From positions 88,474,001-88,538,000 of the forward strand of contig NC_043006.1 in the NCBI RefSeq assembly GCF_006345805.1: DNA of 64,000 nucleotides, written 5' to 3'. This document shows, one piece after another, positions 13,531 through 26,407 of this stretch. Numbering within the stretch: position 1 is the first letter of the stretch; each line of letters starts with the position of its first letter. Made by a program: the position numbers and the translations under genes. The notes beneath the pieces are model-generated. The model ran no database searches. It was given only the letters and a program-made list of their open reading frames with translations, and was not told the DNA's origin. The DNA is from Octopus sinensis (taxonomy: Eukaryota).

Positions 13531-13769
13531 CGTGTTACATATGTATGTATGTATTTTTGTATGTATGTATGTATGTATGTATGTATGTATGTATGTATGT
13601 ATGTATGTATGTATGTATGTATGTAGATAAAACGTACTTTGAAGTGGATGCGTGGCGTTCGATCATATAATAACAAATTAATAAATAAAACATATGCATA
13701 CATACATACATATATGTACATACCTACATCCATACGTATATATACATGCATATATGGTACAGGACACAA

Positions 13770-14150
13770 AAATAAACGTAGAACACAACGAGAAACGAAA
13801 ATATAAAAACAAAAACATGGAAACGGACTATTTCAAACAACGAAAAAACAGAGTACAAGATATATAACACAAGGAACATTCCCCTTCTTCAGCTTCCCCT
13901 GCTTGGACTACTCCGTGTTTCGAAGGTAAGGGCAAGACACGACTTAGTTGAAACAGTCCTTCCCGCAGAGCAAATTAAATACAATTTGGGATTTTTTGCG
14001 GAGGGGTAAAAATGGTGACAAGAACAGGACAGTAAAAACAAAACAAGACAGTAAAAGCAATACAAATAAAAACAGTAAAAGACAGGACAAGGAGAATAAC
14101 ACAGTAAAACAAACGATAAGGGATTTTAAGCCTAGACGATGGAAAAATTA
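13770..14150 (-). repeat. Penelope pseudo-LTR-like repeat (family P2)
   Basis: Strong strand A-bias with a structured core carrying hammerhead-like motifs; no linked ORF, so the pLTR assignment is inferred. Confidence 0.4.
13886..13962 (-). ncRNA. candidate strand-permuted hammerhead-like RNA (family P2)
   Basis: Minus strand GAAGG-actguuucaacuaag-UCGUGUC|UUGCCCUU-a-CCUUC-GAAA-CACGG-aguaguccaagc-AGGGGAAG-CUGAAGA. Confidence 0.45.
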
Positions 14151-14407
14151 ATTTGAATAATTTAATATGTATATATGATATATATATTATAAAAATATGT
14201 TAGTGTTATTTCATTTCTGAACGGTTTTGCTGTCGTTTGTTTATGTAGTTTGATTTCTTTAGCCATCAGTTTCTACAAAGATAGGGACGCAAGTAAAACT
14301 GATAATAGAGAAATGAAAATAAAACTTTGGAAACAACCTAAAGGGAGATAATTGAGAAAGGCTTGAAGTTGAACGTAAGATCGTAATCATGTAAAGTAAA
14401 TATAATA

Positions 14408-14890
14408 AATAATCCAGAATCCTTGTTCGATCCCAAAATTTAATCAGTTCGGGCCATTTACTAGGCCAAACGAACAAACACAACTGAAGACGATACCTCC
14501 ACCTTCGCTAAGGCGGAGGTAATAATAACAAAAGCACTCAGAGAGCACAAACCATCGCCAAGGTTACGCCAACGTCCTCTCAACGATTTGCCAGAGATGA
14601 TTCTTGAAATGAGAATATCTGAAATAAACTGCTCTCACAAACGAGAATTCTAAAAATGAACTCGTCCGCTCTCAAAAATTAAGCAAAAAATAACAGGAAA
14701 AATAATCCAGAATCTTTCTCCAGTACCGGATCAATCCCCAAATCTAATCAGTTCGTACCAGTCACGTGAGCAAACATCCCTGAAAGTTTCATTCGAAAAA
14801 TCCAGCGGTTCTTGAGATATCTTGTCCACGAATAAACAAACAAGCAAACACGACTGAAAACAATACCTCCACCTTCGCTAAGGCGGAGGG
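14408..14890 (+). mobile_element. Helentron-associated HINE: partial copy followed by a full copy
   Basis: 5' subterminal ACCATCGCCAAGG; 3' hairpin CCTCCACCTT-cgct-AAGGCGGAGG at 14496-14519 and again at 14866-14889; homologous to 47181-47575. Confidence 0.7.
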
Positions 14891-14900
14891 GATTATAATG

Positions 14901-14970
<70 letters not shown>

Positions 14971-14973
<3 letters not shown>

Positions 14974-15527
14974 CCCCGATGCAGTACCAGGCAGTGGTTC
15001 TCGTGGTTTCTGATCTTAACTGATTAGAAGTATTATTATGTACGTTGTTTTGTCTTGGTATAAAAAGATGGGCTACAGCAAATATTCTGCTCAATACCAC
15101 AGATTTGCTTGTCAGTTGTTTGACCTTAACCAGTTGAGCATGTCCCTTTGTGGCTGACGATATGTGCATCTCTGATCACGAGCAGAAGTAGTGGGGGAGC
15201 ATCATAGCCATGTGTTGAAAGGGATTCTTTGGGGTTTGGATAATTCACCTCTGGAAACATGAGTGTTTCGTTCAACATCCTTAAACAACCCTTATTCAGG
15301 GACCTTTTGAGCGGGATGGGCTACTCGACCAGAAGAAAATTCTAACTGGGCCCCACCTGCAAGGTCATGTGCTGTTTATCTTGATACGAGATCACCATGT
15401 GGTGCACATATGGTTGTGATGCATGTGCCTGGTGTACCCTTATCAGACGGGTCGTCATGATGGGTATACTGGGCTTCGTATATTTTACCCCAGTGTCACT
15501 TTGATGGCATGCACTGCTCTCTCACTC
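14971..15527. mobile_element. ~560-bp interspersed element embedded in (AAT)n
   Basis: Complex, higher-GC segment bounded exactly by AAT arrays on both sides; no ORF, TIR or pol III box seen. Confidence 0.5.
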
Positions 15528-15612
15528 AATAATAATAATAACAATAATAATAATAATGATAATTATAATAATAATAATAATAATAACAATTCTTCTTCTT
15601 CTTCTTCTTCTG

Positions 15613-15654
<42 letters not shown>

Positions 15655-16819
15655 TTCATAAATATTATTACTGTTGTGGCTGTTATTTTCAACGAGTGCA
15701 GATGTTTAATTTTGTTGTTAGTACTTGGATCACTACCTTTTCCAATGATTTTTTTAAAAAAAGAAATTGGATATGATTTTACTTGTCTGTGTCACGTAAA
15801 TGTATTTTACAAGACAAGTTTATTTTATTTAATTCACTTTCCAAGAAGAAAAACGTTTTATTGACATTTTGAACTTTGTTTTATTTCGACTTCATTTGCA
15901 ATGGTGTCGAGTCGAAGTGACGCCTGCCAAGGCAAAATGAAAATAAAGCAAATTTGCCATTGCGAAGCAGAATAACACAAACAAACTTGCATTGAAATAG
16001 CACACACAGGTTCTAGAAAGAGAAAACTTTGCGTCTTTCTTTTTTAAAAAATAGCATTTTTTCGGTGATTCATAAACGTTGAGCAGCGACAACACTAAAA
16101 GAAATGCTGTCGAAGAAAATGTTCACGCATGAAATTAGTTTTTCGCGAGCTTCCTTCAGTGTAAATTTTTTTGAACGTGAGCACTGGCACAACTGTGTTT
16201 AAATCAAGTGCATCTCTTTGTTCGAATTATACATTGAGAATAGGATATGAAGAAAAAGACTGACCTTGCCAAGGAAAGGGTTCTTTATATCCACGGAGGA
16301 GCAAGTATTGGAGATGCTGGGTGAATGTCTTATGCACAGGAAAATGTAAAATCTAATTAACCATCTGCCTGGCGTTCAGCAAAAGGCGTGGGGGTGAAGC
16401 TGTTGTGTTCGCGGGTTGTGTTTCGGAAAAGAAAATTTTTGGTTTGGTGACACGCTCTTTGTAATAAGGACAGGAACATTTAATTTGTTAACTTGTTGCT
16501 TTGACTCTTTTCAGTTCTCTGTGTAAAAAAATTTATACATGAGTTTTGCTAGTGGATGTATAACATCTGGTTTGTCTACCTTGTTTGCCAAGCTTTGTGG
16601 TTTTTCTCTTACTATCTTCTGTAGGAGTCATTTTTTGCATTGTTTTGTGATCTTACGGGGTCATGAGGACTAGTATGTCAATGGTGATCCCATCCGATTA
16701 CATATTGCAAAATGTTATATTTGCACTGACCATCTATCAATATTGTACCACGAAAGCGACTTCTAGCCAGGGATCGATATCTGATGTCTCTGACAATAAT
16801 TTGTGTCTCTCCTTCCCAG

Positions 16820-16840
16820 ATATTGCAAACCAGCTTATGT
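16820..16840 (+). CDS. candidate 21-nt microexon of an unidentified host gene
   Basis: CTGAC branch point (A at 16793), AG-free pyrimidine tract TTTGTGTCTCTCCTTCCCAG, exon ATATTGCAAACCAGCTTATGT, donor GTAAGT; length divisible by 3, no stop in any frame. Confidence 0.55.
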
Positions 16841-17333
16841 GTAAGTATACTGCGGCTTGTGCTTTGCTCTGTCTTCTATTTTAATGATCCTACTTTATTG
16901 TGCCTTACACATTCCCTCTCCAAATACCGGATATTTAATTTAATATATATTCCAAGGCTGTCTCCAACTTTGAGTTAGTTGAAAAGGGGTAATCTGCTGT
17001 GTGCCTAGAAAGACAGAAATACACTGCTCTTTTTCTTCCCACGGGTTTATATGATTAATTGTGGAATACCGACACCCGTTTCATGGACAAAATGTTTCCA
17101 ACTTCCAATCTTTTAGTGAAATGATTCATATTAAAAGACTTATTTATTTCAAAGAATATTTGTGCAAGAACACTTTCACTATTCGTGTTAACGCACGAAT
17201 AGTTAACACTATTCGTGTTAATGCAGTGTGCATACATACTGTTGTAGTTGGCGTTAAACGTATTTATGAAGTTGCATCTTTCTGAGGAAGTGTTACTTTT
17301 AACATTTTCTTTCACTTATTTGTGTGTTCATTA

Positions 17334-17367
<34 letters not shown>

Positions 17368-17770
17368 ATATATATAAATGTCAAAGGGAAATGGAATTTA
17401 ATTAAAATTAAAACATTCAATCAAAATTTACATTTCCAGTGGTTTAACGTGCAAAAAAAATTAGTCAAGAAAGGTCAAACCTAGGGCTAAACATATCCAA
17501 CACAAGACAAACAAGGTTACTTGTCTCGTGTTTATACGAACTAACTTTTCAAATTTTACTGCGCAGACGCAGTCCTTCGTTGGCTACAATGAAAAGCCGC
17601 CAACTTTTAACCGAAAATTATCCAAAAACTTACAGTATTTAATCATGTCAAAGGGAAATGGAATTTAATTAAAATTAAAACATTCAATCAAAATTTACAT
17701 TTCCAGTGGTCTAACGTGCAAAAAAAAATAGTCAATATATATATATATATTGACTAATTTTATATATATA

Positions 17771-17829
<59 letters not shown>

Positions 17830-18214
17830 GTTTTGTTTCGTTTAGCAGTTTTTTGCTGTTTGCTTTGTTTTATTTAGCAGTTGTTTTTATTTACTTTATT
17901 TACTGCAGTGTTTCTGAGGGCTGGATCCAAGGAAAGAAGACGCCATTTCTTTACATAAGCATTTCGTAGTGGAATAGAATGAAAATATTTTAATAACCGA
18001 AGTTGTTGAGCAGGCATTTCAAAAAAATTCAATAAGTGTCTCTGTGTGAAATAAAATCTAAAATGTAAAATATTTCTTTCAGTTGCAATGTTTTATAACG
18101 ATGATAATAGTAATCATAGCTTCAAATTTTGGCACAAGGCTAGCAAATACAGAGGAGCGGGTAAGTCGATTGATCCAAGATTGTTGGTCCGTTATTGAAA
18201 CGAGCTACGGAAAA

Positions 18215-18940
18215 TTTTGTCTGACAAACGGCGACCACACTTGCTCGCTGTCAAGGAAACACTGAATATGTCGCAGTCTTAGCACGTCCAGTCCTCCACT
18301 CGGTAGCCTCGGTATCTGCTGGCAGCAGATGGATCGTCTGACGAAAGGATTACGTCCTTCCACAGAAAGTGGGAGAGCAGGCGCTCCAACTTGAAGATCC
18401 ACGAAGCAGGTCAAGGGCCGACGGTCAGGCGATAATAGATGACAGAAGCGATATACGCACTACCTACCTCGACCCGTTCCTAGCCGAAAGGTGTGACATG
18501 CCGTCGAGATTTGGAAGTGAAATCCATCCTGTCTCCGATTCACCGTACACTCCGTATGTTTGGCATAGTGCCGCTGAAATTCCGCACACATCTGCTTGGA
18601 TACGAGTAGCATGCGCCTACTCCAGCCCGTCAAAGACCGAATTGTGGCTTTGTTTCCTCGGTGCACCTTCGCCATCCGGGACCATCGAACGGCTTTTATT
18701 TCCTAGTGTCTTAACGCATGCGCTCTAGCTTTGACAACGTAGCTTTTGTGCTTGGAATTGAGGAATTGATCAAGAGCCAGTCTTGCCGCCAGCATGTTGG
18801 TCACGATGCCTTTTCTAATGCCTCTTCTAGCTTCCTATCTATTTCCCTCTCTATTCTAGATTCCTCTAACGCTATTCTTAACTAAACTCTAATGCCTTTA
18901 CTGTAATAGCCCTTTCCAGAGCTACCCACCCAGGTTGTTG
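18215..18940 (-). mobile_element. Tx1/L1-clade LINE ORF2 remnant with internal deletion
   Basis: MLAARLALDQFLNSKH..RGNKATIRSL..MCAEFQRHYAK joined to ..FVRRSICCQQ..GGLDVLRLRHIQCFLDSEQVWSPFVRQNFP. Confidence 0.65.
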
Positions 18941-19009
18941 ATGATTGCACCCGACAACTTCCGATGGACTAACTTGCTGGCGCAATCTGAGAGAGCTTCA
19001 CGCGCCGGG

Positions 19010-19175
19010 AAAGAATAGGTCGATTACATCGCTCCCGTGCTCAACTGGTATTTATTGTATCGACTCTAAAAGGATGAAAGACAAATTCCACCTCAACGGA
19101 ATTAGACACCACAACGGAGAAAATACCGCTAAGCTTTTTGTCCGTCATGCTAACCATTTTCTAGGTCTCAACTTT
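19010..19175 (-). mobile_element. SINE family B, diverged
   Basis: CAACTGGTATTT..TATCGACTCTAAAAGGATGAAAG..AAATACCGCTAAGC. Confidence 0.7.
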
Positions 19176-19264
19176 AATGGTATGAATGATGATGATGATG
19201 ATGATGATACTAATAATAATAGTGCCTCAGAACAACGACGTTAACGGCCATGGGGACGATGTTT

Positions 19265-19545
19265 AATTAAAATTCGTCGATCTTCGAAAATCGAATATGG
19301 ATCTGGAATGTAGAGTCACACATTTATGTTGCAAGGAACACAACGGAGATCTTTTGATTACTGGGAAGAAACAAGTTAGAATATAGTATGTCGTCGAAGA
19401 ACAGCATTTTGGTAAAAATAATTGAAAAATATTACAATGAACTAAATCAAAGAATCCTGCTCTTACCAACACTAACCTACTCAGAAAATTGGAATGTTTA
19501 TGTTGTATCATGTGGCTCTTGTACGAGCAATGACGGGCGATTAGC
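19265..19545 (+). mobile_element. RTE-type LINE 3' remnant
   Basis: Decayed LIKIRR..MLQGT.. followed by segments resembling an RTE C-terminus. Confidence 0.35.
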
Positions 19546-19710
19546 GAGTGGGGTGGTTTTGCCCGAACTAGACTATCGTTTTTCACTCTGATCCTAGGGT
19601 TTTTTTCTTTAAATACTTAAATTTCTAGATGTCTTATGTCTTTTAATACAATTCATATTTATTCCATGTAAATATTTGTGTACTTGAATAAAACTTAAAC
19701 TTGTTCATTC

Positions 19711-19752
<42 letters not shown>

Positions 19753-19781
19753 GCATGTGTTTATATCATGTAGATATATAA

Positions 19782-19847
<66 letters not shown>

Positions 19848-19865
19848 TACATATAAATATACATA

Positions 19866-19963
<98 letters not shown>

Positions 19964-20414
19964 ATATATATATATATGTATGTATGTATATGTATATGAA
20001 TGTATACATCGCTGCTATGTCCAAGTTTGACCAAATGCGTTTAATTTTCAATATTTTATTTTGCTAGCAATTTTCGGTTCTTTTGGTCAAACTACGGTAT
20101 CTCCAGCTGCTTCAGATGAGAATTGTCAAAGTGTAGTACAACGGTTTAGCATTTCTCAAAAGTGAAGTAAGTCCCACAAACGACAATTTTGTAAAAATAT
20201 TTCTAAAAATATTATACATGCATGGAGTTACAATTTTATGCACCCAACAAAGTATTATTGTTAAGCTGAAACTGCTACTATGGTAAAAATAAATGGAATG
20301 GTAAAAATATTTTTTCGTTTTCTGAAAAAAAGTAACGTTTTGGACTTACGACACTTTTGCATAATAGCAACAAAATGTATTTATTAACCTTAACAACAAT
20401 AATTATTTCTAAAT

Positions 20415-20580
20415 TTTTGCCATAAGGGTAACTTGGGGATGAGTCGATTACATCGATCCTAGTATTCAACTGGTACTTATTTTATCGACCCCGAAAGACA
20501 AAGTCGACCTCGGCGGAATTTGAACTGAGAACGTAGTGACGGGCGAAATACCGCTAACGATTCCGCCAGCTTGCCGTTTT
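20415..20580 (-). mobile_element. SINE family B
   Basis: TATCGACCCCGAAAGACAAAGTCGACCTCGGCGGAATTTGAACTGAGAACG..GATTCCGCCAGCTTGCC. Confidence 0.85.
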
Positions 20581-20772
20581 ACCTTAGCAACACTAATATT
20601 GCCAATGACTTCGAAGTATCGGCCTGTTTAGCTTTCTTCAGAATGGCATTGACAGGCACCGGCAATTCTATTCTTCTTCAAAAATAATAAAAATGAACTC
20701 TATAAAAAGTAATCCTTCAGTGTAAGGTAAAATTGTTTTTATCACAACTTGACAAATAAACAAACGGTAATG

Positions 20773-20803
<31 letters not shown>

Positions 20804-22646
20804 TGTGTGTGTGTGTGTGTGTGTGCATATAGATAGTGAATACCCTTTTTTATCCCTGAACTCATTATCATACAAATTGTTGGCCCCACCCCTTGGTTAA
20901 ACGTACATCATCTTTTACTGTGTCTCGTGGACCCCTTGTGGCTAATGAAAAAAATAAATACGGAATAAATATAAACAACATTGTTTTTGTTGTTGTTGCA
21001 GTAGATCTAATTAAAAAATTCATTAAGCTCTGTTGGAAGTTGTATTGTTAAGACGACGACTTAAAGCAAAAAATAAAAGGATAAAGAAATAGATATAAAT
21101 AAATAAGAACTAGTAAAATATTTTTTAAATAAACACGAACATAACGCATATAAACATACACAGACGTACATTAACAAAAGAAATAAATAAAATAATAAAA
21201 AAAAGAAAACGCAATATTTAAATGAGAAACAAAGATGACTACAACAATAACAGCAACAACAACAACTATAACAACTGTGAAGAATCGATTAATGAAGCTC
21301 TAGCAGTGATCTTGTTGCCAGTGTCTGTGATAACGGTTATATAAAATCCTTCTCTTCTAATGAAGATTTCTCAAATGATTCGTTGCAAATTTGATCTTTG
21401 GAGAGATTATTGTGATGAAAACTTGAAATGGTTTATTCATTGATTAACTTATTATATTGACTGTATGGGCGGTGGTTGTGTTGTTGTTGCTGCTGCTATT
21501 GCTATTGCTGTTGTTGTTGTTGTTACTCTGGTGATTTTGCATTGTTGCTAAATTTCTAATTTGTTGGTTTTGTGTAATGGTAGGGGTTTATCGAGGTTTT
21601 ATTACAGGAACTTTTTTAGGGAGAAGTATTGGTTTTTCTTTCCGTTCAGTTTTTAAGCTTAAAAATCAATAAAAATATAGATTTGGATATTCAAAACAAC
21701 AACACCAACAAAAATATTTTTTATATTCCTTTGAAAACATTCGAAATTAACAACTTAAGCTTTGTTTCTCTATGAAACTGTGAAAAGCTCCATTGTTTTT
21801 GTTGTTTTTTTGAATTCATGAGAATTTTATTCCTATTTTCTTCACTGGTTGAAGTGCACTTTCAAAGTTTTGCTTAATTAAACTGATTAGATTTTTCTGA
21901 TTAGAATTCCAGTTTTATTGAGATTAACCAGACTCAGAGACGAAAAAGTCGGTTTACACAATTACATTTTTTTCTCACTTCACTGCATTGTAAGAAAAGC
22001 TCAGCAAGTACACTGAAAACAGATATTGTTTTCTTCCAGTGACAAAAAAATTAGTTATTAAATGATACCAATTTCTACGACCTAACACATATATATATTT
22101 GTGTGTGTGTGTATAGATAAACAGATATGTATATATGTATGTATGTATATATTTATATATATATATTATATATATATATATATACACACACACATATATA
22201 TATATATATACACACACACATATATATATATATACACACATATATATATATATATACACATAGATAGATATACATATATGTATATATATACGTGTGTATA
22301 TATGTACATATAGATAGACAGATATGTATATATACGTACACACATAGGCATACATACATACATGCATGCATGCATGCATGTATATGCATATGTATAAATA
22401 TATGTGCATATGTATGGACGTAAATGTGTATGCATTCGTCTATCTTCACTGCTGGAAATAGCTGACAAAAGAAACGAAAAAATAACAGCAACAAAAAAAG
22501 AGCAGTATTAAAATTTAAACAAAAAAGTTCCTCTTTGAAAAAGTACTCACACGAACATATACATTCGCAGTCAAACTTACAAACGACTAAAAACATACAT
22601 TTACACATACATTCGTACAGAAATGTATGTACATACAAAATCAATA

Positions 22647-22685
<39 letters not shown>

Positions 22686-23492
22686 ACACACTCACACACA
22701 CACACAAACATTCACACACACATTATACACAGAGATTCACAAATAAACATGCACACTTATACAAAGAGTCACAGTTTCGAAATTGTTTAGGCATTATTTA
22801 TTTACCATTTTATTTCTTTAAGAATTAAGATAAATGTCTTTTACAACTTGCAGACTTCTCCGAGACAGGCACTGAACACTAGTTTCGGTGTATCAAATAG
22901 ATGGAAAATTAAATAGCCTTGCACTCGATATATCAATAGAATTAATAGAACGTCAAACAAAATGCCTGGCGATATTTAACAACCCCTATTTTACGTTCTC
23001 ATTTGCAATTCAATGTAAACTTTTTAAAATGAATCAAGCCAAAATAAGTTAACTCAGATAAACCAATGGCACTGATAATGTTCAACTACCCTTCTTTCCC
23101 CTCTTTAGCCTCTATGTCCAAAGGACCTCACCCCTCCGGAATCTACTTGCTCATGTCTTTCCTGCAGCTGTTTAGTCGGAATGCTAACGTCGTTAATCTC
23201 ACCAGTTTCGTAGGACCTACAATTGTCATGAATTCTGTCCATTTTTCCAAACTCAGCAAATCAAATAGTAAGATAAAGAGCGATGTGCTGAGAGCCGCAT
23301 GCAATACATTTTTAATCTATTGAAATTTGTTTCATTGTTGGGAAAAGAAGTGCAAACCACCGAGGGTGTTGTTAACGACTCTTAAATAAGAAGGGAGATA
23401 ATTTTTTTTTAATTATGATCTGTTCGCTAAGCATTTGTTTAAATACTTAAAGGAAACAGTCTGATCTGTGTTTTAAAGGAGCAAATGATAAT

Positions 23493-23530
23493 TATAAACA
23501 TGTTCTAGCCTATTGGATCTCATCAGTATA
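23493..23530 (-). ncRNA. degenerate minimal type I hammerhead (Penelope-type)
   Basis: UAUA-CUGAUGA-GAUCCaauaGGCUa-GAA-CAUG-UU-UAUA; one core A missing, palindromic ACAUGU stem III. Confidence 0.4.
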
Positions 23531-25724
23531 GTGTACTCGAGTCTGCTAGAAGAAAGATTTTTACATATAGGAAAAGAATTAAGTAAGGTTCTGAAAAAAT
23601 AATTTCCATAATTATAATAAGGAATAAGTTAAGGGAAGTGGTTTTAATATGTCATTGGTATAAATTTGAATATATGATTACAAATGAGAAACTGAAGTGA
23701 TGTCGGTAGTATAGGTGAAAAGAGGGAGTATGAAGAGGAATACGCGAAGAGAATTCGTGTGCAGTGGTGTTAGCAGAATGACAGATGTGAGATGTGGGCG
23801 GTCGCAAGATAGAAGTCTGCTGAAATGTTGAAAAGCTAGGTGGATGAAGTAAAAAATTAATAAGTATAGGTAAGGAGTAAGGAGTTATAATTCCTAATAA
23901 TTTCCCGCCAAAATGTATTACAATCTCACAATGTCAGAAATAATTACTGTTATTGATAAAATATATACCAATCAAATGCTGATATTTGATATGATCATTC
24001 GTGTTATACCAAGTAAATTTATGACCTTTTAACTATGTCAGAAATATTTAACGAAATAGAAACCAGGATGGAAAGATCATCTAAATATGTGCTAATATGT
24101 GCTTTAGTGTATTTAGTCCCGAGTTCAAATACAGCCGGTATCCACTTGAGTTTTTTGTCCTCCTGAATTCAAAAAAATATTCACAAGTCACGCAATGATA
24201 GGATCGATATAATCGACTACTCATTCTCCTCGCCCCAAAATATATACTCCTCTACCTATTTCAGAAATCTTTAATGTTGTTCACCCGCTGCCTGATATTA
24301 AATCCTTCTTATACACACGTACACACTCACATAGACACACATACCCACTCTATTTCTCTTTCGCTCCTTCTCTTTCTCTGTTCTATTTTTACGTCGATTT
24401 CACTACTTAAGGGAACTGGGGCGGGAGTAACACGACCAATAGAATAAAACAAAGCTAATCTCTTCAAAAATACGCACACTTATATATACAGAAACTCACA
24501 TCATATTCACAAGTACTGATTCCACTACGCAAACACATACAAAATATCAACTAAAATAACTAGTAGTTATTCAAGTTTTTCAAGCTTCTACTTACACTTG
24601 AACGTATGCCATATTTGCAGAAAGACATCTCTTAACTTCACTTAAAAAGAGCTTTCAATGAAGGGAAGGAAGCTACTTCCACATTTTGAATCAACAGTAA
24701 GGTTGGATATTTAAATCCTGAGATGGTAAGTGGCTGTATTGGCAGTATTAAACAAGAACTATATTTTAGTAAAAGATAATAAAGTAAGAAAAAAAAAACG
24801 AAGTAAAAAACGGTCTTGATGGCAAAGAGCCCAGAATAATTGTACATATTTTTTACTTACGGACGTATTTTCTCACTTCCTTATTATCTTTTCATTTACA
24901 TTTTTATGAGCTACTAAGCAAAGTGTTACCAAGTGACTCACTTCATTTAAGAAGAGGAAGCCATTTTCCTATATATCTGTTCACAAGATAAGCACACACG
25001 CGCGCGCACGCACACACACACACATACACAGACATCCAAACTAACACTAAGATGTCATATGTAAGAGGATAAAATCGTATCATAACCGTTATCTAAAAAA
25101 AAAAGTAATTTATTATCTAGCACTAAACTTTCGAGATATATATAAGAGCAACCAGTGATAGTAGTAGTGCTGTCGTGGTTTGTTGTCGGGGTTGATGTGA
25201 TTATTTCTAATTCTACCAAATGAGCAATTTTTCAGTTTTTAATACTATATACAAGCATACATAGTAAATGCACACTTACACAAACTGTATATGTGTGTTT
25301 GTATGTGTATACACACACACACGCACACACATATATATATATATATATAATTTCCGTAATGAGATAAAAAACCAAGTCTGTGTAGATTTTAGAACATTTA
25401 TAAATAGGTCTTAAAGCTGTTTCTAGGATATTTATTATATCCCTTCATCGGAGACGGTGTGAGAAGGTGGTTAAGCAATAGTTAATTTAGATGATACGAA
25501 AGAGACAGTGAGGTGGAGAAATGAAAATAGATGTGAGATATGCAGGGATATTGTATTTGTAGATCCATTATTTAGGCAGAATGGTATACATATAAGATTC
25601 CAATAACTTATGAGTAAAATCGAATAGTATTTGAATTGGTCATTCCAAGTTAACTCATCACTAATTTCGTTAACAGCGTCTAATACCGTAACTGGTAGTG
25701 ACACGTGCAACAAAAACGTGTCAC

Positions 25725-25857
25725 TAAAGAATATAGCAGCCAAATATAGACAATTTGCATCTCAGAACTCTCTGCATTCAATAAAACAGTGACCCACAAT
25801 GTGTTTGCAGTGCCAGTACTCATACCAACATTTGGGCAGCTTGATTGGATGCTTGAT
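25725..25857 (+). mobile_element. R4/Dong RT fragment
   Basis: LSAFNKTVTHNVFAVPVLIPTFGQLDW parallels LNARNRIEAINALAIPVVTYSFNIVNW in the 60-64 kb ORF. Confidence 0.6.
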
Positions 25858-25938
25858 GTGACTAGATTTGGTAGACGGAAACTGAAAGAAGCCCATCGTA
25901 TAAATGTGTATATTAGTGTGTGTGTATGTGTCTGTGTA

Positions 25939-25992
<54 letters not shown>

Positions 25993-25995
25993 ATA

Positions 25996-26071
<76 letters not shown>

Positions 26072-26116
26072 TATACATATATATACACATGTACATATAT
26101 ATATACTGGCAGGTGT

Positions 26117-26161
26117 CTAGTATTGATGAAGGGTAAAGACCCAGGAACCGTGGTCCACTGG
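26117..26161 (+). ncRNA. degenerate type I hammerhead
   Basis: CUAGUA-UUGAUGA-A-GGGUaaagACCC-AGGAA-CCguGG-UC-CACUGG; stems II and III intact, core mutated. Confidence 0.5.
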
Positions 26162-26351
26162 TCTTGCCAAGCTGGCGGGGAGTGATTCGCTCCCTTACTC
26201 ACGATATATTCGACACAGGTTGTGTCTCGCTAACCAGCTGGAAAAGAGTTTTCCCGGGGTTTAAATGTAGTGACAGGGTTCTTTAAAGAACAGCCACAGC
26301 CACAGCCACTAGCTAGTTTGCTTATTACAGTGTGTGTATTTATATATACGC

Positions 26352-26402
<51 letters not shown>

Positions 26403-26407
<5 letters not shown>

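Noticed and set aside
18330-18375. CUGACGA..GAAA motif
   Set aside because: Lies in Tx1 coding sequence on the opposite strand; no stem I or III.
20610-20665. Type III hammerhead-like fold on the minus strand
   Set aside because: G12 replaced by U, stem I only 3 bp and no stem II; compatible with chance.
22900-23320. Possible Penelope RT remnant on the minus strand
   Set aside because: Only vague motif resemblance.
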